A stretch of DNA of 55,754 nt, taken from the NCBI GenBank assembly GCA_002269645.1, contig NIVC01004197.1, positions 1 through 55,754 of the forward strand, given 5' to 3'. Origin of the DNA: Macrostomum lignano (lineage: Eukaryota). Below the pieces are notes generated by a model. That model did not search any database. It was not told the DNA's origin and was given only the letters and a program-made list of their open reading frames with translations. Positions 27,615 to 40,055 of the stretch are shown one piece after another. A program made the position numbers and the translations under genes. The stretch's first letter is position 1. Each line of letters starts with the position of its first letter.

Positions 27615-27709
27615 TTTCGAGTCTTAATGATGAGTTCAATTTGTATAGAGAGCCTGTTGTATTTTATTTGGCGATGAGCATTGTCATAGTTACACTGAAA
27701 GACTCGAAA
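27615..27709 (+). ncRNA. SNORD46: Box C/D snoRNA, U46-type (copy E)
   Basis: Perfect 11-bp terminal stem TTTCGAGTCTT/AAGACTCGAAA, box C at 27627, guide TTGTCATAGTTACA, box D at 27695. Confidence 0.9.
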
Positions 27710-28141
27710 TTTAACTTTTTAGGTAAATTATTTTTCGAGGCATTTTATAAGCTGGTATTTCATTGTCTTAAGTAGAGTTGCATTGCAATCTAAAAAAAGT
27801 TTTGTTGTCAACAAATCGATTTTGAGAGAAACTTTTAAACTGTACTCGTTTATTCTTTTGAGGATTAATAACCAAATAATAAATAACCATAGCATTTTAA
27901 TTTACTGCCTAATGCACTCCGATTAACAATATTGTATTGTAAATTAATAAACGGGAGATAAATATAAAGATAAGCAAGCCAAGGACCGTTACAAGAGATT
28001 TAGGACGAGCAACGCAAAATTGAAGAATAAGAAAGTAAAAGTGTTACGTCACTATGCACTTTTTTAATTAGAATACTTATTAATAGTCGTGAAATCATAA
28101 TCAGAGGCTTAAATCGGAACTCGGTTGCAAGAACGCTCTAT

Positions 28142-30237
28142 TTAATGCTTCACTGCAGTGGCATTGCAAAAGGCCACTTGGTACTTTTTCGGGTCGTGCC
28201 CTCGCTTCAGTCGAACCAATTTCAGATTTCTATTTAGATACTTGGCGCTGTTAAAGTCGTAGGCATTCTTAATCAGGATGTTGAGCACTGACTGGTCATA
28301 TCTGTGACAGTGCATGTATCGACTCTTATAAGCGTGCTGATTGCGATGAAGGTTTGAGCACTTTCGTCTGGCTCTTAGCGGAGCCATGCAGTGCCTTTCT
28401 AGGCCGCAGAGTACGAACCAGAGCATGATGTTGTCACGAACGAATCTTAAAGGAAAGAGGAATATGCGAATAACGGTTCAAAAGTTTCATAGTTCAAACT
28501 TAAGACCATTGAGATTGTTTTCTCTATAAAAAAACTAATAGATCGGCTTCTCAAATGACGAAGTTATGAGAGAGAAAAAAAGAGCAGCTAATAATAATAA
28601 ATAATCATTTCGCAACGCCTTGAAGGACATAGTCAACGCAAGTGTTGTATAGCAGTCTTTACTTTCTAATCGTCAGGCGAATTTTCTTGCACTAGCCCTA
28701 AATGATGCAGTCGTGCCAAGGGTCGTGACGCGAGAGTCAGGTGCGTTTGACGCTGAGCTACTCTGTCCCAATGATGAGAGATGAGTACCCGGCACCAAAG
28801 TGATCTAGATCGAAGAGTGAACAGCGCCAGCTTACTTAATATCACTTACTTTGTATTAATAAGTATAATAGGAGCCGTTTGCATTTGCCCGCTAGTTTTA
28901 ATGCGCAACGGATCTGTTGGCAGGTACCGGTACACTTCCGGATGCGTCACTGTCAGCGTAGAGTACACGTGCTTGCCGCCGAATATCATAGCACCAGTCT
29001 GTTTAGCGAGTTGCACAGCTCGGCCTAGCATTGCCGCATTCATCACTACTCGAGACGAAGATTCTAGCCATAGTATAGCGCCGTACTCGTTTAGTGCGGT
29101 CTGTAGAACTAGCGGTTTCCAGTAGAATCGCGATATTAGCCTTGTGTAAGCTGGATAGCCCACAAATACAAACTTTCGATAGTGCACGTTGCATAACCGT
29201 TTGAGCTGCGTGTTTTTAAGATGAATTTCAATATACGATTACGATGCCACATATCAATAGACCCTATAAGAAAGGCACAACATTCAGTAAAAAAATTTAA
29301 AAGTCAAAAAGATCAATAAACATCAAAAGATGAACACTAGCTGGGTCTCTCCCTGATACCGAAAGCAATAACAATTTGTGTGCTGAAAAAATAGTTACTT
29401 CCTATCTCCGTAGTGTATTTTTCGGCGAAAACCAGCCTCCTCAACATTTTCTAAGAAACGGTAGTTTCCCGTCCTACTTGAGTATTTGTGAACTTAAGCT
29501 CACAAAGCTACTCACCTGAGTAATCTCGTCCATTTTGAGTCCAATGTCAAACACAACCAGTGTTCGATTTGGAAATTGTTTCTGTACGCTAGCAATCATG
29601 TCTAAGCTGTCTTCAAAGCGCAGATGGCTCACAGCCGTCACGAATTGTACGTCGCGTATCTTTTGCGCATCTTTCACGCAATGATTTAGTCCTGTTAGGC
29701 CAAGCCGTCTCAGTATTGGACTAGTTTTACGCACCGTGAAGTAAAGGCCCTTTCGTTTGGGTTGATATGGCGGCGAATACTGCAGGTGTTGCATGCGATG
29801 CCGCATGATGGCGTGCTTCAACGCTGCTAGTTGGAATCGTTGCGGATTTGGTCGCTCGTGGAAGTGGCGTTGGGAGCCGGCAACCATCGCTGCGTGATGA
29901 CGCAACGATTCGTCGTGTTGACGGTCTTTGTCGCTTCGATTGACAATCTTTAGGTTTCGTAAATTGCGTGAGACTTGTAGTTTTAGAATTTGAGCAGTAA
30001 AGAAAACTAAACTACGAGTAAAGTAAAAGATTCTACCCTCACAAAACGTAGAAAATTCACCTGAAGCCTTGGGGTATTTTTCAATTGACTGTCTCTACGC
30101 ATGTCGTTTTTTATAAACAAAGTTGACTGAAAAAACTGGTATAAAAAGCAACAAAAATATCTGAAGGATCTAAAGTCCTTAGTTAAATTATCAATTAGGG
30201 ACAAACGACTGAAAAATTCCCTATCGCGCTGATGCAT
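28142..30237 (-). CDS. DUF1647-family protein (putative glycosyltransferase-like, probably membrane-anchored); exons about 30237-30061, 29947-29516, 29205-28850, 28445-28142
   Basis: Family-typical motifs FVTAVS...F.....I.SVQ..FP....V.FDIGL, F.F..YP.Y......F.WKPLV, THP.VY.YLP, W.VLC.LE..CM.P, CHRYDQS.LNIL. Junction phases are compatible. Start codon uncertain. Confidence 0.8.
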
Positions 30238-30288
30238 GTTGGGCCAAAAATAGACATTCAGTAAAATTTTGAGCATTTAGAAAGGGGC

Positions 30289-30373
30289 ATCACAAACCCG
30301 AAATATCATAACGCCGAAAACTAAAATAGCTAGCGCTAGCGCTTTCGGTGTTATGATATTTCAAGTTTGTGAT
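30289..30373. repeat. 31-bp inverted repeat with palindromic spacer upstream of the DUF1647 gene
   Basis: ATCACAAACCCGAAATATCATAACGCCGAAA pairs with TTTCGGTGTTATGATATTTCAAGTTTGTGAT (3 mismatches); spacer contains GCTAGCGCTAGC. Confidence 0.8.
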
Positions 30374-31995
30374 ATTTCCGGTTTATGAAAGCGATCCATT
30401 AGGAAGAGCAGCGTTCGTCTGCTTAAGTACAGTAGTACGAGATGTGGACAAAACAGTCTGTCAAGGGAACTTATTCACTTACTCACGTATATACTCGTAG
30501 CTACGAGCGTATATGCAAACACACGACCTTTTAAAGTTAGTTAATAAAGCTAAATTAAACTACTGCAATAGTAAAATATATTCACGTAATACTTACATTG
30601 CTATTAATGACGGAATGCTGATAGAACACTATTATAAAGAATAGCAATACCACCGATATAATTGAGGCATAGCGAATAAAAAATTTTGTTGCCAATTGAC
30701 TCTGCGCTGCGTAGTTTACGTGCGGCATGGCTACTGAATTTTAATAGAGAATAATTAATAGTCGAGTTGATCCGTTGCCCTTATACTTGAAAGAATATTG
30801 CTACTCCCTCTAGTTAGCTGACGTGTATGTTTCAGTCTCGGTTGACTGTTATATATTTTCAAAAAAGCTGCCTCGAACGCTCACCCATTCTCTTCTCTCC
30901 CTCTTAACTTCTCTCGTTCGTATTTAAACGTTTTAAAACTTGGCTTCCTTCTGCCTCCCGCTGAGCTGACTCAATTTCTACTGTTAGATCCCAACTTTCT
31001 TTCTTTCTCTTGATTTGCACACTGCTGCACTGCCTTCCCTTCAGTAATATACATAATAATGTATGTCAAGCCTTTATGGCAGTTTGCGCGCGCGCGCGTG
31101 TGCGTTTCCTATGTGAACAACTTGTGCTCAAAAGTTGAATGGAGGACGTAGGAAAACCCCCAGCCCGACAGACAAGGACAATAGTGTGTTAGTATGGCTT
31201 AGAAATGAAGTTTCTAGCGTCTGAACTGAGCTATCGAGCTATCGAGTTCAGAGGTCTGTCGAGGGGTGCGGGTTGGGCAAGCCAGAAAAATCAGGCGGTG
31301 AATCAATATCAACTTTTTCCTTATAGTTCACTTCTAGTCTAACTTGATTGATACAATCTGTTTAATCTGACTTGTTATCGGGCTGTTAGTGGAAACCCCC
31401 TTTTCAAATTTATAGTTAATATGGGAGATCAGCTGCCAGACTAACACGGGGACTCTTGACAGATATGAAACGTGACACAATAGTCACTTCAGTACACCTC
31501 ATTTTATTGGAATTGGAATTTTATCCTTAATACAATAATTGGGTACAGTAAGTCTCAAGTAAGTCATCATCTAAATCCCGCAGCTATCACGGCTAGCGGC
31601 AATTATCTGAAGTTCAAACTCGGCCCCGGCTCAATCAGCGACCAGGTGCACAGAGAGGTATACACTAACTACCTGGATATGACGCAAGACTCTAATAACT
31701 AAACGGTTAGAGGCTATCAACTCCTTCGATTTACAATTTGCGTGCCAATTTTGCTACTCGTATGTAAATGTCAATATCTCCGCTGCTAGAGATCGCAATG
31801 CTCAGAATTAAGCATCCCGTTGTTGATTTTTTACGAACAGAAATTTTGCATGCTTTTTTGATTAGCAATTTCTTGTGTTTAGTCATTCTTCGCTCAACGA
31901 TTCCATAGTGCATGGCTTATATTTTAAAAGTTGAGTTATAATAACTCCTAACAGTTTCTCTGCTAGGAGTTTGCTCAGCTGATAAGAGCGACTCT

Positions 31996-33432
31996 TGGGA
32001 TATCCTGATAAGGGTGACACTAGGGGTGTCTTGATAAGGGTGACACTAGGGGTGTCCTGATAAGAGTGACACTAGGAGTGTCCTGAAGGGTGACACTAGG
32101 AGTGTCCTGAAGGGTGACACTATGAGTGTCCTGATAAAAGTGACACTAGTGGTTTCCTGATAAGGGTGACACTAGGAGTGTCCTGATAAGGGTGACACTA
32201 TGAGTGTCCTGATAAAAGTGACACTAGGAGTGTCTTGATAAGGGTGACACTAGGGTGTCTTGATAAGGGTGACACTAGGAGTGTCCTGATAAGGGTGACA
32301 CTAGGAGTGTCTTGATAAGGGTGACACTAGGGTGTCTTGATAAGGGTGACACTAGGAGTGTCCTGATAAGGGTGACACTAGGATTGTCCTGATAAGGGTG
32401 ACACTAGGAGTGTCCTGATAAGAGTGACACTAGGAGTGTCCTGATAAGGGTGACACTAGGGTTGTCTTGATAAGGGTGACACTATGAGTGTCCTGATAAG
32501 AGTGACACTAGGAGTGTCCTGATAAGGGTGACACTAGGGTTGTCTTGATAAGGGTGACACTATGAGTGTCCTGATAAGAGTGACACTAGGGTTGTCTTGA
32601 TAAGGGTGACACTATGAGTGTCCTGATAAGAGTGACACTAGGGTTGTCTTGATAAGGGTGACACTAGGAGTGTCCTGATAAGGGTGACACTAGGATTGTC
32701 CTGATAAGGGTGACACTAGGAGTGTCCTGATAAGAGTGACACTAGGGTTGTCTTGATAAGGGTGACACTAGGAGTGTCCTGATAAGGGTGACACTAGGAT
32801 TGTCCTGATAAGGGTGACACTAGGAGTGTCCTGATAAGAGTGACACTAGGAGTGTCCTGATAAGGGTGACACTAGGGTTGTCTTGATAAGGGTGACACTA
32901 GGAGTGTCCTGATAAGGGTGACACTAGGATTGTCCTGATAAGGGTGACACTAGGAGTGTCCTGATAAGAGTGACACTAGGGTTGTCTTGATAAGGGTGAC
33001 ACTATGAGTGTCCTGATAAGAGTGACACTAGGGTTGTCTTGATAAGGGTGACACTAGGAGTGTCCTGATAAGGGTGACACTAGGATTGTCCTGATAAGGG
33101 TGACACTAGGAGTGTCCTGATAAGAGTGACACTAGGAGTGTCCTGATAAGGGTGACACTAGGGTTGTCTTGATAAGGGTGACACTAGGAGTGTCCTGATA
33201 AGGGTGACACTAGGATTGTCCTGATAAGGGTGACACTAGGAGTGTCCTGATAAGAGTGACACTAGGGTTGTCTTGATAAGGGTGACACTAGGAGTGTCCT
33301 GATAAGGGTGACACTAGGAGTGTCCTGATAAGGGTGACACTATGAGTGTCCTGATAAGAGTGACACTAGGAGTGTCCTGATAAGGATGACGCTAGTGGTT
33401 TCCTGATAAGGGTGACACTAGGGGTGTCCTGA
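31996..33432. repeat. 26-bp tandem satellite
   Basis: Unit CCTGATAAGGGTGACACTAGGAGTGT, roughly 55 copies with recurring variants. Confidence 0.97.
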
Positions 33433-34570
33433 CTAGGGCAGCTTTTGGGCCTCCTCATCTTTGTAATTACTCCAGTCAACTTGGCAATTTTTATCTCCAT
33501 GTTCATCCGGTCTAAACAATTTTTGTTACCGCTTGTTTTTCGATTAAAATTAATTACTCAACACATTCTTTCCACATCGATTTTTTTCTAACTGTCGTTG
33601 ACTCGTAAATTGTCAATATACAGTATCTCTTTATGTTTATTTGTTCTAATTATTGATTATATACGAAATAAATCACTCCAGATTTTTTTTATAATTAAGC
33701 ATGTAAATTTTTAATTTTAATTGTTCGTTCTTTTGTATCTAAATTTATACTACAAGATTCATCTGGGGAATTGCGGAAGATGGGGAAGATGTCGAAACTG
33801 AGAGGTCAGAAGCTACATGTAGTTTATTAAAATAAATTATTCAATTCTTTATCGCCTCCCCAACGGGGTGCTGATTGCTAGTATCTAAATTCACACTACT
33901 GATGCTACACAGCGATCCGGCCATATGCTCCTAAAGTAAGGCAGTTAAAGTGACTTAGGGAATAAAAATGCAACTTTCTATTGGGGCAGCCGTAATGCAA
34001 ATCAGCCAGCCAGCGCCAGAGGCTTGTACCAAAAATATGTACACCTACGGAAAAATAATGTACGAGCACGTGCTCAGCTTCAATTTAACTTTCAGCTAAT
34101 ATTATAAAACTGATTAATAGACAAGTAGTATATATAATATGTACATTTACACTTCACTAATAATTATAAAATGAGCAACTATTTGTATAGCTTAACAGCA
34201 AGGCTTTTTGTTGTTCCCAGATCCGGAATCCAAAAACACCTGCAGGCATTTAGTGTGCAAACCGGCCTGTCTCTGTTTATTCAACGCGGCGACCATCGAG
34301 ACAGAAAGCATTCTTCAGAAAAAGTTACTATCTAATTACACAGCGAGTCATTGTGCTAGTAGGGGAAGCTGGATTTAAGTGCAAGTTGTACTGTTAAACT
34401 GCAGACTTAAATTTCTAGCGGCACAGAATGTTGACCCAAGCGAAGAAAATGTAGCATAATAAGTACAGTTTCTGAACAGCTGTCTTTAAAAAGTGCAGGT
34501 ATAATAGACGAGCTGGTAAGTTATATAGCTATATGAGAAATCTACTAGTTACTAACTTGATACAATATGA

Positions 34571-34716
34571 TGACGTCACTATCGATTCGATGACGTCATC
34601 GTGTGTTGTCAAAATGCCCATACCCTAAGTCCTGTGTTATGACGTCATCCTATACTAGACTTGAAAGCGCTTTCTTAAGTCATATAGATAGCGTAATCGT
34701 AGCGCCTATGACGTCA
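34571..34716. promoter_or_regulatory. Cluster of four CRE/ATF-type palindromes (TGACGTCA)
   Basis: Exact TGACGTCA at 34571, 34591, 34640 and 34709; function unknown. Confidence 0.4.
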
Positions 34717-34808
34717 TTATATCAGTAAATTGCACGAACGAACCATCTCAAAACAAAAACACAACCTAACACAGAAATACACGGCAGTCAACAAGACTCC
34801 AGACTCAA

Positions 34809-37800
34809 TCAATCGCTCTCCTCGCTGGCCTCCTGCAGCCATTGGATCATTCTAGCCACGCACTGCCTCAGCTCGCCAGCATTGGGATGCGAGCCCTCTT
34901 CGCTGTTCCAGCTCAATATAGCCGCCTCCTCGCACAGATCCGTATCGTAGAAATAGCGCAACAAAACTAGAGCGCACTTCATCAACGGCTGAGGCCGGTC
35001 GCAGCAGGCGTCTTCAAAGCTGCGCAAAAATATTAGTGACTCGTCCTGGCTAGAGAAGCCATTGAAGTAGTGCTCTGCGGATAAAAGTGCAAAGCGACAG
35101 GTCAGCTTGGACTGCCTCTAACCGCCCAATGCCCCAACAGCCATTTATCAGATAATTGCACAATGCCCACCCCACTCCCCAGCTCCAGCTTATTAGATAA
35201 CTGCACAATGTCCACCCCCACTCCCCAGCTCCAGTTTATCAGATAATTGCACAATGCCCACCCCACTCCCCAGCTCCAGCTTATTAGATAACTGCACAAT
35301 GTCCACCCCCACTCCCCAGCTCCAGTTTATCAGATAATTGCACAATGCCCACCCCACTCCCCAGCTCCAGCTTATCAGATAAATGCACAATGCCCACCCC
35401 CACTCCCCAGCTCCAGCTTATCAGATAGATGCACAATGCCCACCCCCAGTCCCCAACACCCATTTATCAGATAATTGCACAGTACCCACCCCCACTCCCC
35501 AGTTCCAGCTTATCAGATAAATGCACAATGCCCACCCCCACTCCCCAGCTCCAGCTTATCAGATAGATGCACAATGCCCACCCCCACTCCCCAACACCCA
35601 TTTATCAGATAATTGCACAGTACCCACCCCCACTCCCCAGTTCCAGCTTATCAGATAAATGCACAATGCCCACCCCCACTCCCCAGCTCCAGTCCATCAG
35701 ATAATTGCAAAATGTCCACTCCCTATTCTAAAGCAATTAAAATTCCATTAGTCAACACCTAACTCACTTAGCAACGGTTTCCAATTCTCCAGACAATCTT
35801 TGACTTGGCTAAAGTGCTCAGCCGGGGTGATCTCAACCTGACAGTCCTCTGACTCGTCATCTTTTTCGCATTTAAGCAGCGGATACAACAAAATAGTGTA
35901 AGCCAGGATCGCTTTCAGTCTATCGATATGCACACAGAAGGCGTGCTTAATTGAGTTGATCTCAACCACCATAGTGTCCACTGGGTGTTTGTCCTGTTCA
36001 GCGCGTTGCAGCACGTCGAGCAGTTCGCGTTTGAAGTGATCTTCGCCCACCTCTGCTGGTGGCACCTGGGAAAGCAATTTAGCACTAATTAGATATCCGA
36101 TATGTATCGATAGTAACTTTGAGACAGTTTTATTTGCGACAACTCTACTTACAACAAAGTAGTAAGAAAGAATATGTAAACTATTTTACTCGCATGAGAA
36201 AGAGCAGATCGAGTGAAATCTCAAGTCCATAAATAATTAGCGCCTAACCTCGTTACCGGCTTCACTAGAACTGTCCGACTCAGACGACAGATACTCAACG
36301 TTGTCAGCCATGAGAGTAGTCTGCCAGATCTCCAATTCAACAGAGTCTTCATCATTCTCTGGTCCGGAGTCGGCGTCTGAGTCGCCGGCCTCGTCACGAC
36401 GATCGCTGTAGGCCGATTTGTAGACAGCGGCGTTGCTGTCTTTACCGAGTTGCTGCGGCAATTGAATGATAGATTAATAATATGCGTTCAAGCTACTGTA
36501 AGTAGGCCTGTAAGGAAATACTAATATTCTTTAAATGTTAGTTGAAAGCTTGAATTTAAATAAATCCTAATGTTAAATTTGAATTAGAGGGCGATTCTTA
36601 TTGTTGGATTAAGGCGATTCTTATTGTTGTTTTAAGGCGATTTTTATTGACGGTTTTAGCCGATTCTTATTGTTGGTTTAAGCCGATTCTTATTGTTGGT
36701 TTAAGGCGATTCTTATTGTTGGTTTAAGGCGATTCTTATTGTTGGTTTAAGGCGATTCTTATTGTTGGTTTAAGGACATTCTTATTGTTGGTTTAAGGCT
36801 ATTCTTACTGTTAGTTTATGGCGATTCTTATTGTTGGTTTAAGGCGATTCTTATTGTTGGTTTAAGGACATTCTTATTGTTGGTTTAAGGACATTCTTAT
36901 TGTTGGTTTAAGGCTATTCTTACTGTTAGTTTATGGCGATTCTTATTGTTGGTTTAAGGCGATTCTTATTGTTGGTTTAAGGCGACTCTAAAACTCAGGT
37001 TTTTACTATTGGTCAAAAAATTACAATTTTTCATTAAAAAACAAGAAACAGATTCCATTGACCCACACCTGTTTGACTTCCTCGTCAGTGGAAGCGCTGT
37101 CCTCTGACCTTCCTGATCGCACAATCAACCTACAATTAGTCAGCACGACAGAAGGCCCAACTCGCACACCGTGAGTCAGCACGCATCGATCAGTGAGTTG
37201 GCTGTCATCCAGTACTGTGCTGTTGTGGCACAGCAGTGACCTTGAAATGTTACAGTCGCTGCTGACCACAGCTCCGGGCCACAGATAGCAGTCACTCAGC
37301 CGAGTCCGGTCGCCAACGCGACAATTGGAGCCAATCACGCAGTTAACCAGGTGACAACCGGAACCAACCTGAGCCCCTGGTCCGATGAGAACGGATTTTT
37401 CTAGCCGAGCGCTACGATGGACGCTGGCCAGGCGGGATACATAGACATTGCGCTGGCGCACCTGGTGCTCTGTGGCAGCCCGACTGCCTGACATGCTGGC
37501 TGGGGTCATCTGCCAGTGTTAGTTAGGAAAAATATTAGAGTATCATTCAAAAAAGTTCTAAAAAGACATTGAGATATCGGCTATGAGAGGGGAAGAGTTA
37601 GATAGGAGTAGATATGGAAGAGAGGTAACAGGGAAGAGGTAGGTTGGGAGTAGAGATGGCAGGGGAGAAGTAGAAGGTAGAGATGTCAGGGGGAGAGGTA
37701 GGTAGATAGAGGGTAGAGATGGCAGGGGGAGAGGTACATAGAGGGTAGAGATGGCAGGGGGAGAGGTACATAGAGGGTAGAGATGGCAGGGGGAGAGGTA

Positions 37801-38955
37801 CATAGAGGGTAGAGATGGCAGGGGGAGAGGTAGATAGAGGGTAGAGATGGCAAGGGGAGAGGTAGATAGAGGGTAGAGATGGCAGGGGGAGAGGTAGATA
37901 GAGGGTAGAGATGGCAGGGGGAGAGGTAGATAGAGGGTAGAGATGGCAGGGGGAGAGGTAGATAGAGGGTAGAGATGGCAGGGGGGAGGTAGATAGAGGG
38001 TAGAGATGGCAGGGGGAGAGGTAGATAGAGGGTAGAGATGGCAGGGGGGAGGTAGATAGAGGGTAGAGATGGCAGGGGGAGAGGTAGATAGAGGGTAGAG
38101 ATGGCAGGGGGAGAGGTAGATAGAGGGTAGAGATGGCAGGGGGAGAGGTAGATAGAGGGTAGAGATGGCGGGGGAGAGGTAGATAGAGGGTAGAGATGGC
38201 AGGGGGGAGGTAGATAGAGGGTAGAGATGGCAGGGGGGGTAGATAGGGGGTAGAGATGTCAGGAGAAGTAGATAGAAGGTAGGGGGAGAAGAGGTAGATA
38301 GGGGGTACGGGGTGAGAAGTAGACTGAGGGCAGACTGGCTGGAGAGAGGTAGATAAAGAAGAAAGCAGCGCGAAATTAAATCTGCCAAGCCAATTAATTC
38401 AATAAGGCCATTCAAACTCACTGGATAGACCCAATTATCCAACAGGTGCCTAGTAACCAGGGCGTACAGGTTCATATTGGACACTCGGCAGGCATATTCC
38501 TGGCCACCCAACACGTGCAGCGACACCGTGTGACCCAGAATCTCCTCGTGTTCGAGAACTCCGCGGACCAGATCGTCCAGGCTGCGATAGTCGAATTCGT
38601 CAGTGAATCTGCGAGGGTGAATTCCCAGACGGGATTTTTCTGCTATAGTGACCTGAAGCGGGTGTCCAGATAAGACTACGGACTCAGGGGGGGGGGGCTT
38701 AATTAAAGACTATAAATACAGGGCTTATGTGGTAAGCAAATTGCACACTTCCGATATTCAGATTGAAGGCACCGCGGCAGGGACAACTTGAACTGCCTAA
38801 GTTTAGGCAGCTTAAGTTGTCCCTGCACTGCGGTAAACTTTTTATAAATTAATTTTATGTAGCATAAGTAAGCACATACTTCAGACAGGGGATTACATAC
38901 AGACCAAATGACAGAGGCAGGCAGAGAGACCGATAGACAGACAGACGGACAGACT

Positions 38956-39030
<75 letters not shown>

Positions 39031-39825
39031 ACAGACAGACAGACAGACAGAGACAACCAAGGCTACAGACAGCTAGATGGCAGAGCACCAAACAAAGACC
39101 TGAAACACAGAAGCCTTATTAAAATTAACACACCTTGGCGGCACGTGAACGGAGCAGACCGCGAGGCCGAGATCAATCAGCCCAGTCCAGAGTCTGCTTC
39201 TACCGCAAGACAGCAAAGCGGCTCGTTCCAGTCGAATCCGGCCGAGTTTGTCCATGCCAGCGGGGCTGAGCATACGCAGACAGCCAGTGTCGGCGTTGCT
39301 GACGGCAATGAAGCTGCGCTCCTGGGCTTGCATCAAGGCGGACGCGTTGAAACCTCCAGTAGTTGATCGCATCACCAAAGTCAGCAAACAATTTGCATCT
39401 TTCACTCGCCTGCGCTTGTGCTCAGCCAGCAGTTCGGCCAAGTTGGCGTTAGTGACCAGATCGGCTGGGGCTAGGATGAAATCATTTTTAATTAACCGAC
39501 TCTGATCTAGGTCGCGTATAGCGTCGCCAAGGCTCGATACGGTTGGCGGGCATTTCCGAACAACTGGCGGAGTAGCAAATCGTTTGGATTGAGGCGAGGA
39601 GGCCAAGTGGCTGGCTAAGGATTTGTAGTGCGACCTGCAGTACACGATGCACTCGTGAACTCCGGCATCCGCTAGACAGTTCAATGCATAGTCAATCAGC
39701 GGCACCCCAGCCAATGGGAACAGGGCGCGCGGAAGCGACCGAGCAACTGGAGCGAAGCGGCTGTTAAAACTGTCGGCGAGCACCACAGCTTGGACAAGGT
39801 CTTTCTCGTCAGCTGGTTTAGACAT
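34809..39825 (-). CDS. EIF2B5: Translation initiation factor eIF2B epsilon subunit; exons 39825-39134, 38608-38422, 37509-37069, 36452-36249, 36065-35768, 35074-34809
   Basis: QAVVLADSFNSRFAP...PRALFPL; FTDEFDY...D.VRGVL..EEILG; left-handed beta-helix hexapeptides; HEAT/W2 domain with EINS.K, YD.DL.EE.AIL.W and WLQEASEESD*. All junction phases are compatible. Confidence 0.95.
35140..35715. repeat. 46-bp minisatellite in EIF2B5 intron 5
   Basis: Unit TTATCAGATAATTGCACAATGCCCACCCCCACTCCCCAGCTCCAGC, about 12 copies. Confidence 0.95.
36590..36986. repeat. 23-bp minisatellite in EIF2B5 intron 3
   Basis: Unit AAGGCGATTCTTATTGTTGGTTT, about 17 copies. Confidence 0.95.
37650..38300. repeat. 31-32-bp purine-rich minisatellite in EIF2B5 intron 2
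   Basis: Unit GGTAGATAGAGGGTAGAGATGGCAGGGGGAGA, about 20 copies. Confidence 0.95.
38925..39055. repeat. (CAGA)n microsatellite in EIF2B5 intron 1
   Basis: Imperfect CAGA repeat. Confidence 0.95.
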
Positions 39826-40055
39826 GCTCTTTTTATTTAATTAAGATGAAGAATTTAACTGTAAACAAATTGTTGTCATGGGAATCATTTTCTGGTGGCG
39901 CCTTTTCTCATCAAGTTAAGCTGAGTTGACTATGGTTAGTGCGCAGATAAATTGAATGGAATTATCACCTTCTAGGGTGTGGGCTCTGATGTGCCAGCAG
40001 CCCAAGCTCGATTCCAAGTGCAGTCACGTTAATTAGGACTAAACTGGAATCTTGG

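Noticed and set aside
28781-29125. Plus-strand ORF and nearby ATGATGA as a further snoRNA
   Set aside because: Antisense to a DUF1647 exon; no box D, guide or terminal stem at suitable distance.
31996-33432. Hammerhead ribozyme in the 26-bp satellite (CTGATAA + hairpin)
   Set aside because: Core should be CUGANGA...GAAA; no GAAA and no stems I/III.
37558-38526. 322-aa minus-strand ORF
   Set aside because: Only the first about 36 codons belong to EIF2B5 exon 2; the rest reads through the donor into a minisatellite.
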